Shown here piece after piece: positions 30,434-38,798 of a DNA stretch of 64,000 bases; the stretch's first letter is position 1, and each line of letters opens with the position of its first letter. The DNA lies in contig CAZVVY010000004.1 in NCBI GenBank assembly GCA_964630975.1, forward strand, positions 37,912 to 101,911. Reading direction: 5' to 3'. Source of the stretch: Candidatus Micrarchaeota archaeon. GTDB lineage: Archaea > Micrarchaeota > Micrarchaeia > Norongarragalinales > Norongarragalinaceae. Under the pieces are notes generated by a model. The model saw only the letters and a list, made by a program, of their open reading frames with translations. It had not been told where the DNA came from and searched no databases. Both the position numbers and the translations under genes were made by a program.

Positions 30434-31633
30434 ATGAAGAAGATTCTTTACTGCTTGCTCGACGGCTACGGCGAAAAGGAAAAATACCGCGAACTCGGCA
30501 ACAAGACGCCTTTGGAATACGCGCAAACTCCTTTCCTGGATTCGTTGATGGCTCGCGGGGAGTGCGGGTTCTTGAAGCCGGTGGGCCTGGGCTCGGACGT
30601 CCCGATAAGCGACGCCTCCGCAATGACTTTTTCATTTCTCGGGTACGACGTACGCAAGTTCGCGCACGGCCGCGGAATGATTGAGGCAGTAGGCGAAAAA
30701 ATGAAGTTGAAGAACGGCGATTTGACGATGCGCTGCAACTTCGCCACTGCAAACGACAAGGGAAAAATAGTGGACCGGCGCGCGGGGCGCATACGCGACA
30801 CCAAGCCCTTGGAAAAAGCGATCAACAAAATGAAGTTCGAGGTGCCCTTCGAATTCAAGAGCACTACCGGCCACCGCGGCCTCCTCGTATTCAAGCGCGG
30901 AAGGTATTACCCCGACGTAACCAGCCCGGACCCAAAGAAGAACGGCGCAAAACTGTTGGAGTGCAAGGCGAAAAAGCCGAAGGCAAAGCGCACGGCGCGC
31001 TTAGTCAACGAATTCATTCAAAAAAGCCGCGAGGTTTTGTCGGAAAACGAGTTCAACAAGGAGCGCGTAAGGAAAAAGAAGAAGCCGGCAAACATTTTAC
31101 TTCCCCGCGGCTTCGGAAACAAAATTCCTAAACTGAAGCCTTTCTCCAAAAAATTCCGGGTTCGACCAATCGCCGTAACAGGGATAGCCGTCAACTCGGG
31201 GGCCTGCCGCTTACTCAAAATACCTATTGAATTCGTGCCCGAAGACATTGGTGACCCGTTTAAGGAAGTAATGTTGAAGGTGCGGCCCGTAAAGCGCGCA
31301 TTAAAGAAGAAGAGCTTTGTTTTCGTGCATTTCAAGACCACGGACTTGCCGGGCCACGACGGCGACGTGCAAGCCAAAGTGCGTGAAATCGAGCGTTTCG
31401 ACGCTTTCCTGGAAGGCCTCGGCCTAGGCAAAAACGTGATGGTCGTCGTGGGCGCGGACCACTGCACTTCTTGCAGGAAAAAATCACACACCAACGACCC
31501 TATACCTTACTTGTTGTACGACGGTAAGGAGAGAAAGCCGGTTGGAAAAACCTTTGGCGAGAGGGCTTGCGCAAAAGGCCCTAAAATCAACCAATTCGAC
31601 TTATTGCCGCGCGCACTTTCTAGGAGGAAGTGA
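30434..31633 (+). CDS. apgM: Cofactor-independent phosphoglycerate mutase, archaeal type
   Basis: 399 aa. LLDGYGE...TPLEYAQTPFLDSLMARGECG...SDASAMTFSFLGYD...GRGMIEAVG...LTMRCNFAT, and C-terminal TDLPGHDGD and ADHCT blocks (alkaline-phosphatase superfamily metal ligands). Confidence 0.85.
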   Translation: MKKILYCLLDGYGEKEKYRELGNKTPLEYAQTPFLDSLMARGECGFLKPVGLGSDVPISDASAMTFSFLGYDVRKFAHGRGMIEAVGEKMKLKNGDLTMRCNFATANDKGKIVDRRAGRIRDTKPLEKAINKMKFEVPFEFKSTTGHRGLLVFKRGRYYPDVTSPDPKKNGAKLLECKAKKPKAKRTARLVNEFIQKSREVLSENEFNKERVRKKKKPANILLPRGFGNKIPKLKPFSKKFRVRPIAVTGIAVNSGACRLLKIPIEFVPEDIGDPFKEVMLKVRPVKRALKKKSFVFVHFKTTDLPGHDGDVQAKVREIERFDAFLEGLGLGKNVMVVVGADHCTSCRKKSHTNDPIPYLLYDGKERKPVGKTFGERACAKGPKINQFDLLPRALSRRK

Positions 31634-32837
31634 TTTTTTCCTCCAAGCGAATCAACTGGTTGTATTTCGAGGTTCGGTCGCTTCGCGCCGGCGCACCTAT
31701 TTTCACGTATTCGCTGCCTATTCCAACGGCGAAGTCGGCGAGGAAAGCGTCCTCGGTTTCACCGGAGCGATGCGAAACCATGGTCTTCCAACCGGCCGAG
31801 CGCGCGGCTTCGACCGCTTTGACCGCCTCGGTAACCGAACCGATTTGGTTGAGTTTTACGAGGAGGCAGTTGCACGCCTTTTTTCGTATCGCGGTTTGAA
31901 TTCGCCCGGGGTTCGTGACCAGCAAGTCGTCGCCGACCACGGTGAAACCTGCTTTCGAAGTCAGCGAGGCAAAGGAATCAAAGTCTTCTTCGGCGAACGG
32001 GTCTTCCATCAGCTTGAAGGTATACTGCTCCGCCAAATCCAAGTAATAATCCACTAGTTCGGCGCCCGAATACTCCTTGTCGAGAACGTATTTTCCGTTC
32101 TCATAAAAATTGGAGGCGGCTGCATCCAAGCCGAAAAACATTTTTTCTTCAAACCCTAACTCGCTTACGGCTTTTGAAATGAGTTCGAAGGGTTCGCGGT
32201 CATCAGATAATTGGGGCGCAAACCCTCCTTCGTCTCCCACGTTTATGGCTCCGCGGCCGTAATTGTCCTTCAAAATTTTTTTGAGCTCGTGGTAAACCTC
32301 AGAAACCATTCTCGTGCCTTCAGTGAAGGACGGCGCGCCTTCGGGTACGACCATGTATTCTTGGATGTTCAATTCGTTTCCGGCGTGCGCGCCCCCGTTG
32401 ACCACGTTCGAGCTGGGCACGGGTAGGGAAGGTGTGCGACCCGACAAAGAAGCGAAGTGCTCGAATAATTCGACTTCTTTTTCGGCGGCGGCCGCGCGGG
32501 CGAGCGCCATGCTCACCGAAAGGATTGCGTTGGCTCCCAGCAAACCCTTATTAGGGGTGTTGTCAGCCTCCAACAATTTTTCATCTAATCCTTGTGAAGG
32601 GGTTTCGCCTTCAATTAAGGGGGCAAGCACGCGATTAACGTTTTCAACCGCTTTTTTCACGCCTTTTCCGTGAAAACGCGTTCCGCCATCCCTCAATTCA
32701 AGGGCTTCGTGGACGCCGGTAGACGCGCCGCTGGGAACCATGGCGCGAAAAACGCCTTTACCAGTTTTCATTTCGCATTCTACTGTCGGATTGCCGCGCG
32801 AATCCAGAACTTCCCTTGCAAAAACTTTTTCAATCAT
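31620..32837 (-). CDS. eno: Enolase (phosphopyruvate hydratase)
   Basis: 405 aa. FAREVLDSRGNPTVECE, SGASTGVHEALELRDGG, VGDDLLVTNP, LVKLNQIGSVTEA, SHRSGETED. Confidence 0.97.
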   Translation of the reverse strand: MIEKVFAREVLDSRGNPTVECEMKTGKGVFRAMVPSGASTGVHEALELRDGGTRFHGKGVKKAVENVNRVLAPLIEGETPSQGLDEKLLEADNTPNKGLLGANAILSVSMALARAAAAEKEVELFEHFASLSGRTPSLPVPSSNVVNGGAHAGNELNIQEYMVVPEGAPSFTEGTRMVSEVYHELKKILKDNYGRGAINVGDEGGFAPQLSDDREPFELISKAVSELGFEEKMFFGLDAAASNFYENGKYVLDKEYSGAELVDYYLDLAEQYTFKLMEDPFAEEDFDSFASLTSKAGFTVVGDDLLVTNPGRIQTAIRKKACNCLLVKLNQIGSVTEAVKAVEAARSAGWKTMVSHRSGETEDAFLADFAVGIGSEYVKIGAPARSDRTSKYNQLIRLEEKITSS

Positions 32838-32916
32838 TTGGAGACACCCCCCGCGCTTCCGGTATTCAAATGTTATGAATGCACAGCATAATAAAAAAAG
32901 GAAGTATTAACGAGTT

Positions 32917-33435
32917 ATGATTCTTTCACGGCCCGCCCTCTTAAACGCGATAAGGGAAAAAAGCATTGAAATAACTCCTTTTGATGAATGCTTGGTAGGC
33001 GCCTGTTCAATCGACTTTCGTTTGGGAAAAAAATTCAAGGTTTATAGGGAGGATAAGAAGAAGACTCGGTTGGACGACGAATTCAGTTATTCTTCGGAAT
33101 ACTACGAAACCAAGGAGTTAAGCAAAGGAGAAACACTCCTAATCAACCCAGGCCAATTGGTGTTGGGAGTAACCCTTGAAAGATTGAAGTTGAATGATTC
33201 GATTTGCGCTTTCATTGAAGGAAGAAGCAGGTTTGCAAGAAGCGGGTTGTTCGTTCACGTCAGTTCGGGCCTCGTTCAAGCAGGCTCAGACAATCACCAA
33301 GTACTCGAAATATTTAATGCTTCCCCGAATGAATTGGAGTTGGTTCCCGGAACCCGAATTTGCCAACTCGTGTTTTTCGAGGCCACCGGTGGAGCGGGTT
33401 ACGGGGGCGCCTTCCAGAACCAGGAAAAGCCGTGA
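32917..33435 (+). CDS. dcd: dCTP deaminase / dUTPase-superfamily protein
   Basis: 172 aa. MILSRPALLNAI...IEITPF....ACSIDFRLG...GRSRFARSGLFVH...ICQLVFFE. Confidence 0.85.
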   Translation: MILSRPALLNAIREKSIEITPFDECLVGACSIDFRLGKKFKVYREDKKKTRLDDEFSYSSEYYETKELSKGETLLINPGQLVLGVTLERLKLNDSICAFIEGRSRFARSGLFVHVSSGLVQAGSDNHQVLEIFNASPNELELVPGTRICQLVFFEATGGAGYGGAFQNQEKP

Positions 33436-33496
33436 ATAGTGGAAGTGAGGGGGGTCTGCCTTTTTGCAACCGTTTTTATTCGGTAACCGCTAATTT

Positions 33497-33904
33497 TTGG
33501 TTATGGCTTTATTCGATTTATTCGGCAAGAAAGCGGCTTTGGAAGGCGGCAATTATTCCATTGATTATTCCTTGCATCCTCTCAGCTTGAAGCCCCGTAA
33601 AAACGATTACGCCTTGTTATCCGTTTACTTGAAAAACAATTATTCGCAGCCAATGCTGACGTCCCTCGTCGCTTCAACAACCCGAAAACTGGGTTTTGAA
33701 GCCAACATTTTATCCAACCAAAAAGAAGTTCGCCTGGGCGTCATCGAGCCGGGTGAAGGGCGCACAATACACTTGAAAGTTTGGTCTTCACCCCGCACGA
33801 CCGCGGGCGACCACCCGCTCGTGTTGACCGCGATATCCCATTACCGCGACTACGGCCACGTGTTGAACGAGTCGAGGAAGCGCTTGGTCATCCGCGTTGC
33901 ATAA
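33497..33904 (+). CDS. Hypothetical beta-rich protein
   Basis: 135 aa with beta-strand-like alternation. No motif recognised. Confidence 0.5.
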   Translation: MVMALFDLFGKKAALEGGNYSIDYSLHPLSLKPRKNDYALLSVYLKNNYSQPMLTSLVASTTRKLGFEANILSNQKEVRLGVIEPGEGRTIHLKVWSSPRTTAGDHPLVLTAISHYRDYGHVLNESRKRLVIRVA

Positions 33905-33939
33905 AGTATTTAATTGAGGATTCAATGGATTAATGGAGG

Positions 33940-34275
33940 TTGATTGCTTTGTTGAAGGTTTCACAACTCATTGGAATGGATATTTACACGGATTCGGCGA
34001 ACCAGTTGGGTAAGGTTTACGACGTAATACTCGACTTGCAAAAAGGGGAAGTAGTCCGCTTGACGCTTGAACCCATCAAGGCGACCAGCAAGGACGAGGC
34101 GCGCAAGATTTTCCGCGAAAAAACAATTTTATACAAGAGCGTTAAAGCCGCGGAAAAAATCATTCTCGTTTCCGGAAGCAACCCGGTCGAAGAAAACGTT
34201 GAGGCGCCCGAACCCGAAAAGCCCAAGCACGGTTACTACCGTTACAAGCAGCGCGGCAAGAGTCCCTACAAATAA
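33940..34275 (+). CDS. PRC-barrel domain protein with basic tail
   Basis: 111 aa. VSQLIGMDIYTDSANQLGKVYDVILDLQKGEVVRLTL is the PRC-barrel pattern. Second paralogue in the window. Confidence 0.65.
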   Translation: MIALLKVSQLIGMDIYTDSANQLGKVYDVILDLQKGEVVRLTLEPIKATSKDEARKIFREKTILYKSVKAAEKIILVSGSNPVEENVEAPEPEKPKHGYYRYKQRGKSPYK

Positions 34276-34301
34276 ATTTTTTTTTAATGGATTATTATTA
34301 A

Positions 34302-34376
34302 TAGCGGGGAGAGGATTTGAACCTCCGATCTCCGGGTTATGAGCCCAGCGGGCACTCCTGACTACCCTACCCCGCT
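34302..34376 (-). tRNA. Initiator tRNA-Met (CAU)
   Basis: Reverse complement: AGCGGGGTAGGGTAGTCAGGAGTGCCCGCTGGGCTCATAACCCGGAGATCGGAGGTTCAAATCCTCTCCCCGCTA. It forms a cloverleaf, has an A1:U72 pair and three G:C pairs closing the anticodon stem (GGG/CCC), both initiator hallmarks. No encoded CCA. Confidence 0.9.
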
Positions 34377-34410
34377 AAAAACAGCGAACATATTCTAGGT
34401 TACCGGTCGT

Positions 34411-34956
34411 TTATAACGGGTTCGACGTTTCTTCCAACCCGGAAAAAGAACCCAACACGCTTTGAATCGACTCTATTCGTTGAGTCAACTCATCCAAACG
34501 CTTTTTCTTGTGATTCTTTTTTTCGGGCTTCAGCTTGCACCCGCATTCACCGCACTTGAACCCGTTGTCGAAAGCTTCCTCGAAACCGTGCGGCCTGCAT
34601 TTCTTGCTGCAAGCATAATACTCCTTGGTTTCCTCTTCGGCCAGCCGCGCCTTCAAATCCGTTAACTCGCCTTGTTTGGCCCGCAACAAGTTTCGCGTGG
34701 TGCGGTCCATATCAAAATACCAAGTGTAAGTGAACCAACCCGTCTGCATGTTTTTTTCCCGGGTATAATTGACTATCCCGTTCTCGTGCAACACGTTCAA
34801 CAAGTGGCGAATCTCCGAAACCTTGAATTCGGTTTTCTCCTCGATTACGTCGTCGGTCGCACCTTCACCTATTGCCTTAACGACCTTCAAAGCATCCTTT
34901 CCGGCATATTCCCTAACAAAAGAATACAGTCCCCTCAACGACTTGCTCCCCGCCAT
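34411..34956 (-). CDS. tfe: Transcription factor E (TFE-alpha, TFIIE-alpha homologue)
   Basis: ATG at 34956 (track start 35016). Winged helix (KVSEIRHLLNVLHENGIVNYTREKNMQTGWFTYTW) followed by a zinc ribbon (CSKKC...CGECGC). Confidence 0.85.
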   Translation of the reverse strand: MAGSKSLRGLYSFVREYAGKDALKVVKAIGEGATDDVIEEKTEFKVSEIRHLLNVLHENGIVNYTREKNMQTGWFTYTWYFDMDRTTRNLLRAKQGELTDLKARLAEEETKEYYACSKKCRPHGFEEAFDNGFKCGECGCKLKPEKKNHKKKRLDELTQRIESIQSVLGSFSGLEETSNPL

Positions 34957-34978
34957 AAACAGTATTCTGGTCGAATAA

Positions 34979-35494
34979 CTATTTATATTTAGCCGTGAAC
35001 TCCTTGTCGCGCGCACTCGGCTTCAAGGACAACCGCGCACCCGAAAACCGCGGCCTCAAACCCAGCCCGCTCAAGAAAACGGCGAGCGCCCCCGCCTCCG
35101 AATGCGGTTGGCCCGTAATCGCGCAATTATAGTCGGCTTCCCCGTAAACCCCGCGCGGCACTTTTTCCGAGCCGATTACGACGAGCATTCTCTTTCCCTT
35201 GACCGCCGGCAGGACGCGCTTGAACGGCAAGCCATACATCGTCAAGTGAATTATTTTCGCGCCCTTCTTTTTCTCCGAAGAAAAAAGTTTTTTCCAAGAC
35301 GAGCCGTGCTCGATCGAGAAGCGGCCGCCCCAGTTTTTCACGACGCCGCGAACGCTTTCCTCCAACTTTTCGTCTTCTTCCCCGAAGTAAACCAGTTTGG
35401 AGGCGCCGAACGCCCTCGCAATCAACGCGCAATGCGTACTCAGCCTCTTGTCCCGTTCGGGCCTGTGACCCAAGCGCGCCACCGTAACAACCAT
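34979..35494 (-). CDS. tRNA (cytidine56-2'-O)-methyltransferase aTrm56 (SPOUT)
   Basis: 171 aa. VARLGHRPERDKRLSTHCALIARAFGA...IIHLTMYG...VVIGSEKVP...DYNCAITGQPHSEAGALAVFL matches the aTrm56 family as remembered. Confidence 0.8.
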   Translation of the reverse strand: MVVTVARLGHRPERDKRLSTHCALIARAFGASKLVYFGEEDEKLEESVRGVVKNWGGRFSIEHGSSWKKLFSSEKKKGAKIIHLTMYGLPFKRVLPAVKGKRMLVVIGSEKVPRGVYGEADYNCAITGQPHSEAGALAVFLSGLGLRPRFSGARLSLKPSARDKEFTAKYK

Positions 35495-35538
35495 AACTAT
35501 CTTAAACCAGTCGCGTCCAAAAACCTTTTCACTTTAAC

Positions 35539-35692
35539 GGGCCCATAGCTCAGTTTGGCCAGAGCACTCGGCTCTTAACCGAGGCGTCGAGGGTTCGAAC
35601 GAACCCTTTTCTTTGTAAAGAAAAGTGTTTCATCCCAAAAGAAACTCTTTTCAACGAAAAAGAGAAGGGTTGTGAAAATCCCTCTGGGCCCG
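35539..35692 (+). tRNA. tRNA-Lys (CUU) interrupted by a ~79-nt intron inside the T-loop (about position 59/60; intron about 35600-35678)
   Basis: Exon 1: GGGCCCATAGCTCAGTTTGGCCAGAGCACTCGGCTCTTAACCGAGGCGTCGAGGGTTCGAA. Exon 2: TCCCTCTGGGCCCG. Joined, they give a perfect 75-nt cloverleaf (acceptor GGGCCCA/TGGGCCC, T arm GAGGG-TTCGAAT-CCCTC, anticodon loop CTCTTAA). The junction is ambiguous by 1-2 A residues. Confidence 0.85.
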
Positions 35693-35879
35693 CCTCTTTT
35701 TAAACGCGCTACTCGGCAAGGGTAGTGCGCAACGCTTTTATTTAGTGTTTACAACTTCTTAATGCGTATTCTGCATAGGTGGGTTGAAATGGTCGCCTTG
35801 CTGGCTCCCAAAGGGCCGGCCTAATTTTCTATTAGGTTTCCAGCAACCGCTTTAAACCGTTGCCCCTTTACTTTTTCTT

Positions 35880-36656
35880 ATGCGCTTTCCTTGGGCAACC
35901 CTCTTGTTGACCGTTGCAATATTAGCGCCGTACTTCGCGCAATCCCAGGGAACCCTTTACTTACCCGACGAAGCGATCGCCGGGAACGCGTTCGCATTCG
36001 AACAAGCGCACGCCCTCTTAACCCACATGTTTTACCACGTTGGGGTTTACCACTTAATTGGCAACCTGTTGCCCCTCGTGCTATTCGTTTTCCTCCTCGA
36101 ACAAATCCTTTCCCCGCTGGATTCCCTCGCAATATTCTTTTTTTCGGGGGCTTTCGCCAGCATAATATTTTCCCTCGCAAACCCGTCCTCTTTTCTTGTC
36201 GGCGCCAGTGCGGGATTGAGCGGCGTAATGGCTGCGGCGACAATGCTCAACCCTTCCCGCGCCGTTCCCTTACTGCTTTTGGCGCCCTTACTCGCTTACC
36301 TGATTTTCTTTCCCGCGGTAACCCATTTGAACCGCTTACAGGCCGATGCCTTGCAATCGCAAGCCGCCGAACTCGTAGAGCAAGCAGAGGCCCTGGAAGA
36401 ACAAGGTTTGGCGGGGGAAGCAGCCGAAAAAAGAATGGAACTTGAGGCCATCCAACAAAAAGCGGGGGTGGTCGAGCAAGGGCAGGTGCGCGAGCACTCC
36501 ACGCAAACCGACTTGTTCGTCCACGCTTACGGGGCGCTGTTCGCGGCGGCTTACCTCCTCTTATTCAAGAAAGACGCGGTTTACCGCGGCCTCTTGGAAT
36601 TCGATTCGTTGCGCTCACGCATTCGTTCTCTCTTTCAAAAGGGGCAATCGTATTAA
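35880..36656 (+). CDS. Rhomboid-family intramembrane serine protease with C-terminal coiled-coil extension
   Basis: 258 aa. HMFYHVGVYHLIGN (HxxxxHxxxN) and VGASAGLSGV (GxSxG catalytic Ser) in TM helices. Confidence 0.85.
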   Translation: MRFPWATLLLTVAILAPYFAQSQGTLYLPDEAIAGNAFAFEQAHALLTHMFYHVGVYHLIGNLLPLVLFVFLLEQILSPLDSLAIFFFSGAFASIIFSLANPSSFLVGASAGLSGVMAAATMLNPSRAVPLLLLAPLLAYLIFFPAVTHLNRLQADALQSQAAELVEQAEALEEQGLAGEAAEKRMELEAIQQKAGVVEQGQVREHSTQTDLFVHAYGALFAAAYLLLFKKDAVYRGLLEFDSLRSRIRSLFQKGQSY

Positions 36657-36682
36657 AGAAGCGCGACCCAAGAATTTGGCGT

Positions 36683-36753
36683 GCAGGGCTGACAGAGCGG
36701 CTATGTGCCCGCCTGCAGAGCGGGTCAGGGGGGTTCGACTCCCTCGCCCTGCT
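36683..36753 (+). tRNA. tRNA-Cys (GCA)
   Basis: GCAGGGCTGACAGAGCGGCTATGTGCCCGCCTGCAGAGCGGGTCAGGGGGGTTCGACTCCCTCGCCCTGCT. Acceptor GCAGGGC/GCCCTGC, anticodon stem CCCGC/GCGGG, loop CTGCAGA, T loop TTCGACT, U73 discriminator typical of tRNA-Cys. The D stem is short (3 bp). Confidence 0.85.
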
Positions 36754-36796
36754 TGAAAACCAAACCGTTAAATAGCGGACTTATCGCTTTACCTAT

Positions 36797-37129
36797 ATGT
36801 CGGTTTCAAGACACGTCAATTTGGGGTTGCTTCAGCTCCAAATACTGTGGTTTTTGTCAAGGGAAGAGTCGTGCGGCTACTCCTTGATGCGCAAGCTCAA
36901 CGAAGTCAAGAGGACTAATGTTTCAGCGGGAGTTCTTTACCCCGCGCTCTCCCGGCTTTCCTCGCAAGGATTCATCAAAGTATCGAAAACGGGGGCGCGC
37001 GGAAAAAAGTTTTACGCCTTGACCGCCAAAGGCAGGCGCGAACTCAAGCACAACTGCGAGGAATTCCTGAAGACGTTCGCGGGCCTGATAAACGAATACA
37101 AGTGTTCGTGTTGTGGTGCCCGAAAATGA
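36797..37129 (+). CDS. PadR-like winged-helix regulator with C-terminal Cys cluster (CSCCG)
   Basis: 110 aa. LQILWFLSREESCGYSLMRKLN...GVLYPALSRLSSQGFI (PadR pattern). Ends ...NEYKCSCCGARK. Its TGA overlaps the ATG of the cysteine desulfurase (ATGA). Confidence 0.7.
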   Translation: MSVSRHVNLGLLQLQILWFLSREESCGYSLMRKLNEVKRTNVSAGVLYPALSRLSSQGFIKVSKTGARGKKFYALTAKGRRELKHNCEEFLKTFAGLINEYKCSCCGARK

Positions 37130-38301
37130 AGGTTTACTTGGATAACGCGGCTACGACGGCTGTCGACCCCCGCGCCGTCAAGAAAATGTTGCCTTTTTTC
37201 TCGAAGAAGTACGGCAACCCTTCCTCGCTCCACAAGTGGGGCCGCGAAGCCGAGGAAGCCGTGGACGCCGCGCGAAGCGGTTTAGCCGCGTCGTTGAACG
37301 CTTCCCCCGGCGAAATAATTTTTACTTCGGGCGGAACCGAAGCGGACAACCTCGCCTTGCGGGGCGCTCTTTCCGCGTCCAAGAAAAAAGAGTTGGTTGT
37401 AAGCGAAATAGAGCATCCCGCGGTTTTGCGCACGGCCGAAAGCCTGGAAAGAGATGGCTTCACGGTCAAGCGCGTCAAAGTCGATTCGGATGGCATCGTT
37501 TTATTGTCCGACCTTGAAAAAAAAGTTTCGCGGCGCACCGCACTCGTTTCGGTGATGCACGCCAACAACGAAGTGGGTGCAATCCAACCCATACAAAAAA
37601 TTCGCGCCGTTTGCAAGGACAACGGCGCGCTGTTCCACACCGATGCCGTGCAGTCGTATGGAAAAATTCCCTTGTCCTCGAAAAACGCCGACTTGATATC
37701 CCTTTCATCACACAAGATTCACGGCCCGAAAGGAGTGGGCGCGCTGTTCGTGCGCGAAGGAACCCCCGTTTTTCCGAGGGCTACGGGGGGAAGCCACGAG
37801 CGCGGCAAGCGCGCCGGAACGGAAAACGTGCCCGGGATAGTAGGGTTCGCCGAAGCGGCGCGCCTCGCCTTCAAGTACTTCAAGCAAAACGCCCGTAAAA
37901 CGGCGCGCCTACGCGACAAGCTCGTCAGGCGCGCCCTTGAACTAGACGGGTCCCGGCTGGACGGCCCGAAACCGGGCGCCAAGCGGCTTCCGAACAACGC
38001 GCACTTGGGCTTCGACTTCGTGGAAGGGGAAGCGCTGCTTCTCCGTTTGGATGCCCGCGGAATAGCGGCGTCTACGGGAAGCGCGTGTTCGAGCCGCTCC
38101 CTGGAAGCCTCGCACGTGTTGCTGGCAATGGGTTTGAGCCGCGTGAAGGCGCACGGCTCCCTGCGCTTCACTCTCAGCAAGTTTTCAACCGAGAAGGAAA
38201 TCGATTTCGTTGCCGGCGCCCTCCCCCGCGAAGTGGAGCGCCTCAGGAAAATCAGCGCGCTCAACCGGGCAAACGCGGGAGGATTCGAGGTGAAGAAATG
38301 A
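37126..38301 (+). CDS. iscS: Cysteine desulfurase (NifS/IscS class, PLP-dependent)
   Basis: ATG at 37126 (track 37102). MKVYLDNAATT, FTSGGTEADN, SSHKIHGPKGVGALF (PLP Lys), SAC... GSACSS active-site Cys loop. Confidence 0.9.
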   Translation: MKVYLDNAATTAVDPRAVKKMLPFFSKKYGNPSSLHKWGREAEEAVDAARSGLAASLNASPGEIIFTSGGTEADNLALRGALSASKKKELVVSEIEHPAVLRTAESLERDGFTVKRVKVDSDGIVLLSDLEKKVSRRTALVSVMHANNEVGAIQPIQKIRAVCKDNGALFHTDAVQSYGKIPLSSKNADLISLSSHKIHGPKGVGALFVREGTPVFPRATGGSHERGKRAGTENVPGIVGFAEAARLAFKYFKQNARKTARLRDKLVRRALELDGSRLDGPKPGAKRLPNNAHLGFDFVEGEALLLRLDARGIAASTGSACSSRSLEASHVLLAMGLSRVKAHGSLRFTLSKFSTEKEIDFVAGALPREVERLRKISALNRANAGGFEVKK

Positions 38302-38798
38302 GTTTAAAGTATTCGAGGAAGATGATGGAACACTTCGAGAACCCCGAGTTCGCCGGAGAGTTGGAGGATGCGGACGGCGCGGGCACGGTAGGAAACCCTG
38401 TTTGCGGCGACTTGATGACGGTTTACATAAAAGTAGAGGGCGGCAGGATAAGCGACTTGCGGTTCAAGACCTTCGGGTGCGCTTCGGCGATTGCCACCAC
38501 CGACATGGTTTGTGGGCTTGCTAAAGGGATGACTCTCGAAGAAGCCAAAAACATAACCAAGGAACGAATTGCGGAGGCGTTGGACGGCTTGCCCCCAATA
38601 AAAATGCATTGCTCGAATTTGGCGGACCGCGCCCTCATAGCCGCAATAAACGATTACGAATCTAAAAATCGAAGTCCGCGCGCTGAACGGAGAAGCCCGA
38701 AGAAGTTATCCGGCAGCGGTGCTTGTGAGTGCTGTGAGCGGAACCGCGGGCCTTCAAAACCCGCAGGTAAGGCGTCGGTTCGCTCCCCAAAAAAATGA
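38298..38798 (+). CDS. iscU: Fe-S cluster scaffold IscU/NifU-like, with a ~40-aa basic C-terminal extension
   Basis: ATG at 38298 (ATGA overlap with iscS). HFENPEFAG...GNPVCGDLM...FKTFGCASAIA...MHCSNLA gives the three scaffold Cys. The tail SKNRSPRAERRSPKKLSGSGACECCERNRGPSKPAGKASVRSPKK runs antisense into the next gene. Confidence 0.85.
   Translation: MSLKYSRKMMEHFENPEFAGELEDADGAGTVGNPVCGDLMTVYIKVEGGRISDLRFKTFGCASAIATTDMVCGLAKGMTLEEAKNITKERIAEALDGLPPIKMHCSNLADRALIAAINDYESKNRSPRAERRSPKKLSGSGACECCERNRGPSKPAGKASVRSPKK

Noticed and set aside
30369-30752. 128-codon 5' extension of the zinc-ribbon ORF, overlapping apgM
   Set aside because: The extension is R/S/P-rich and antisense to the apgM start. 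The internal ATG at 30368 gives a compact double zinc ribbon and a sensible divergent promoter gap.
35693-35879. Possible small ncRNA between tRNA-Lys and the rhomboid gene
   Set aside because: I could find no C/D or H/ACA box motifs and no convincing conserved-looking structure by eye. It is treated as promoter/leader DNA.
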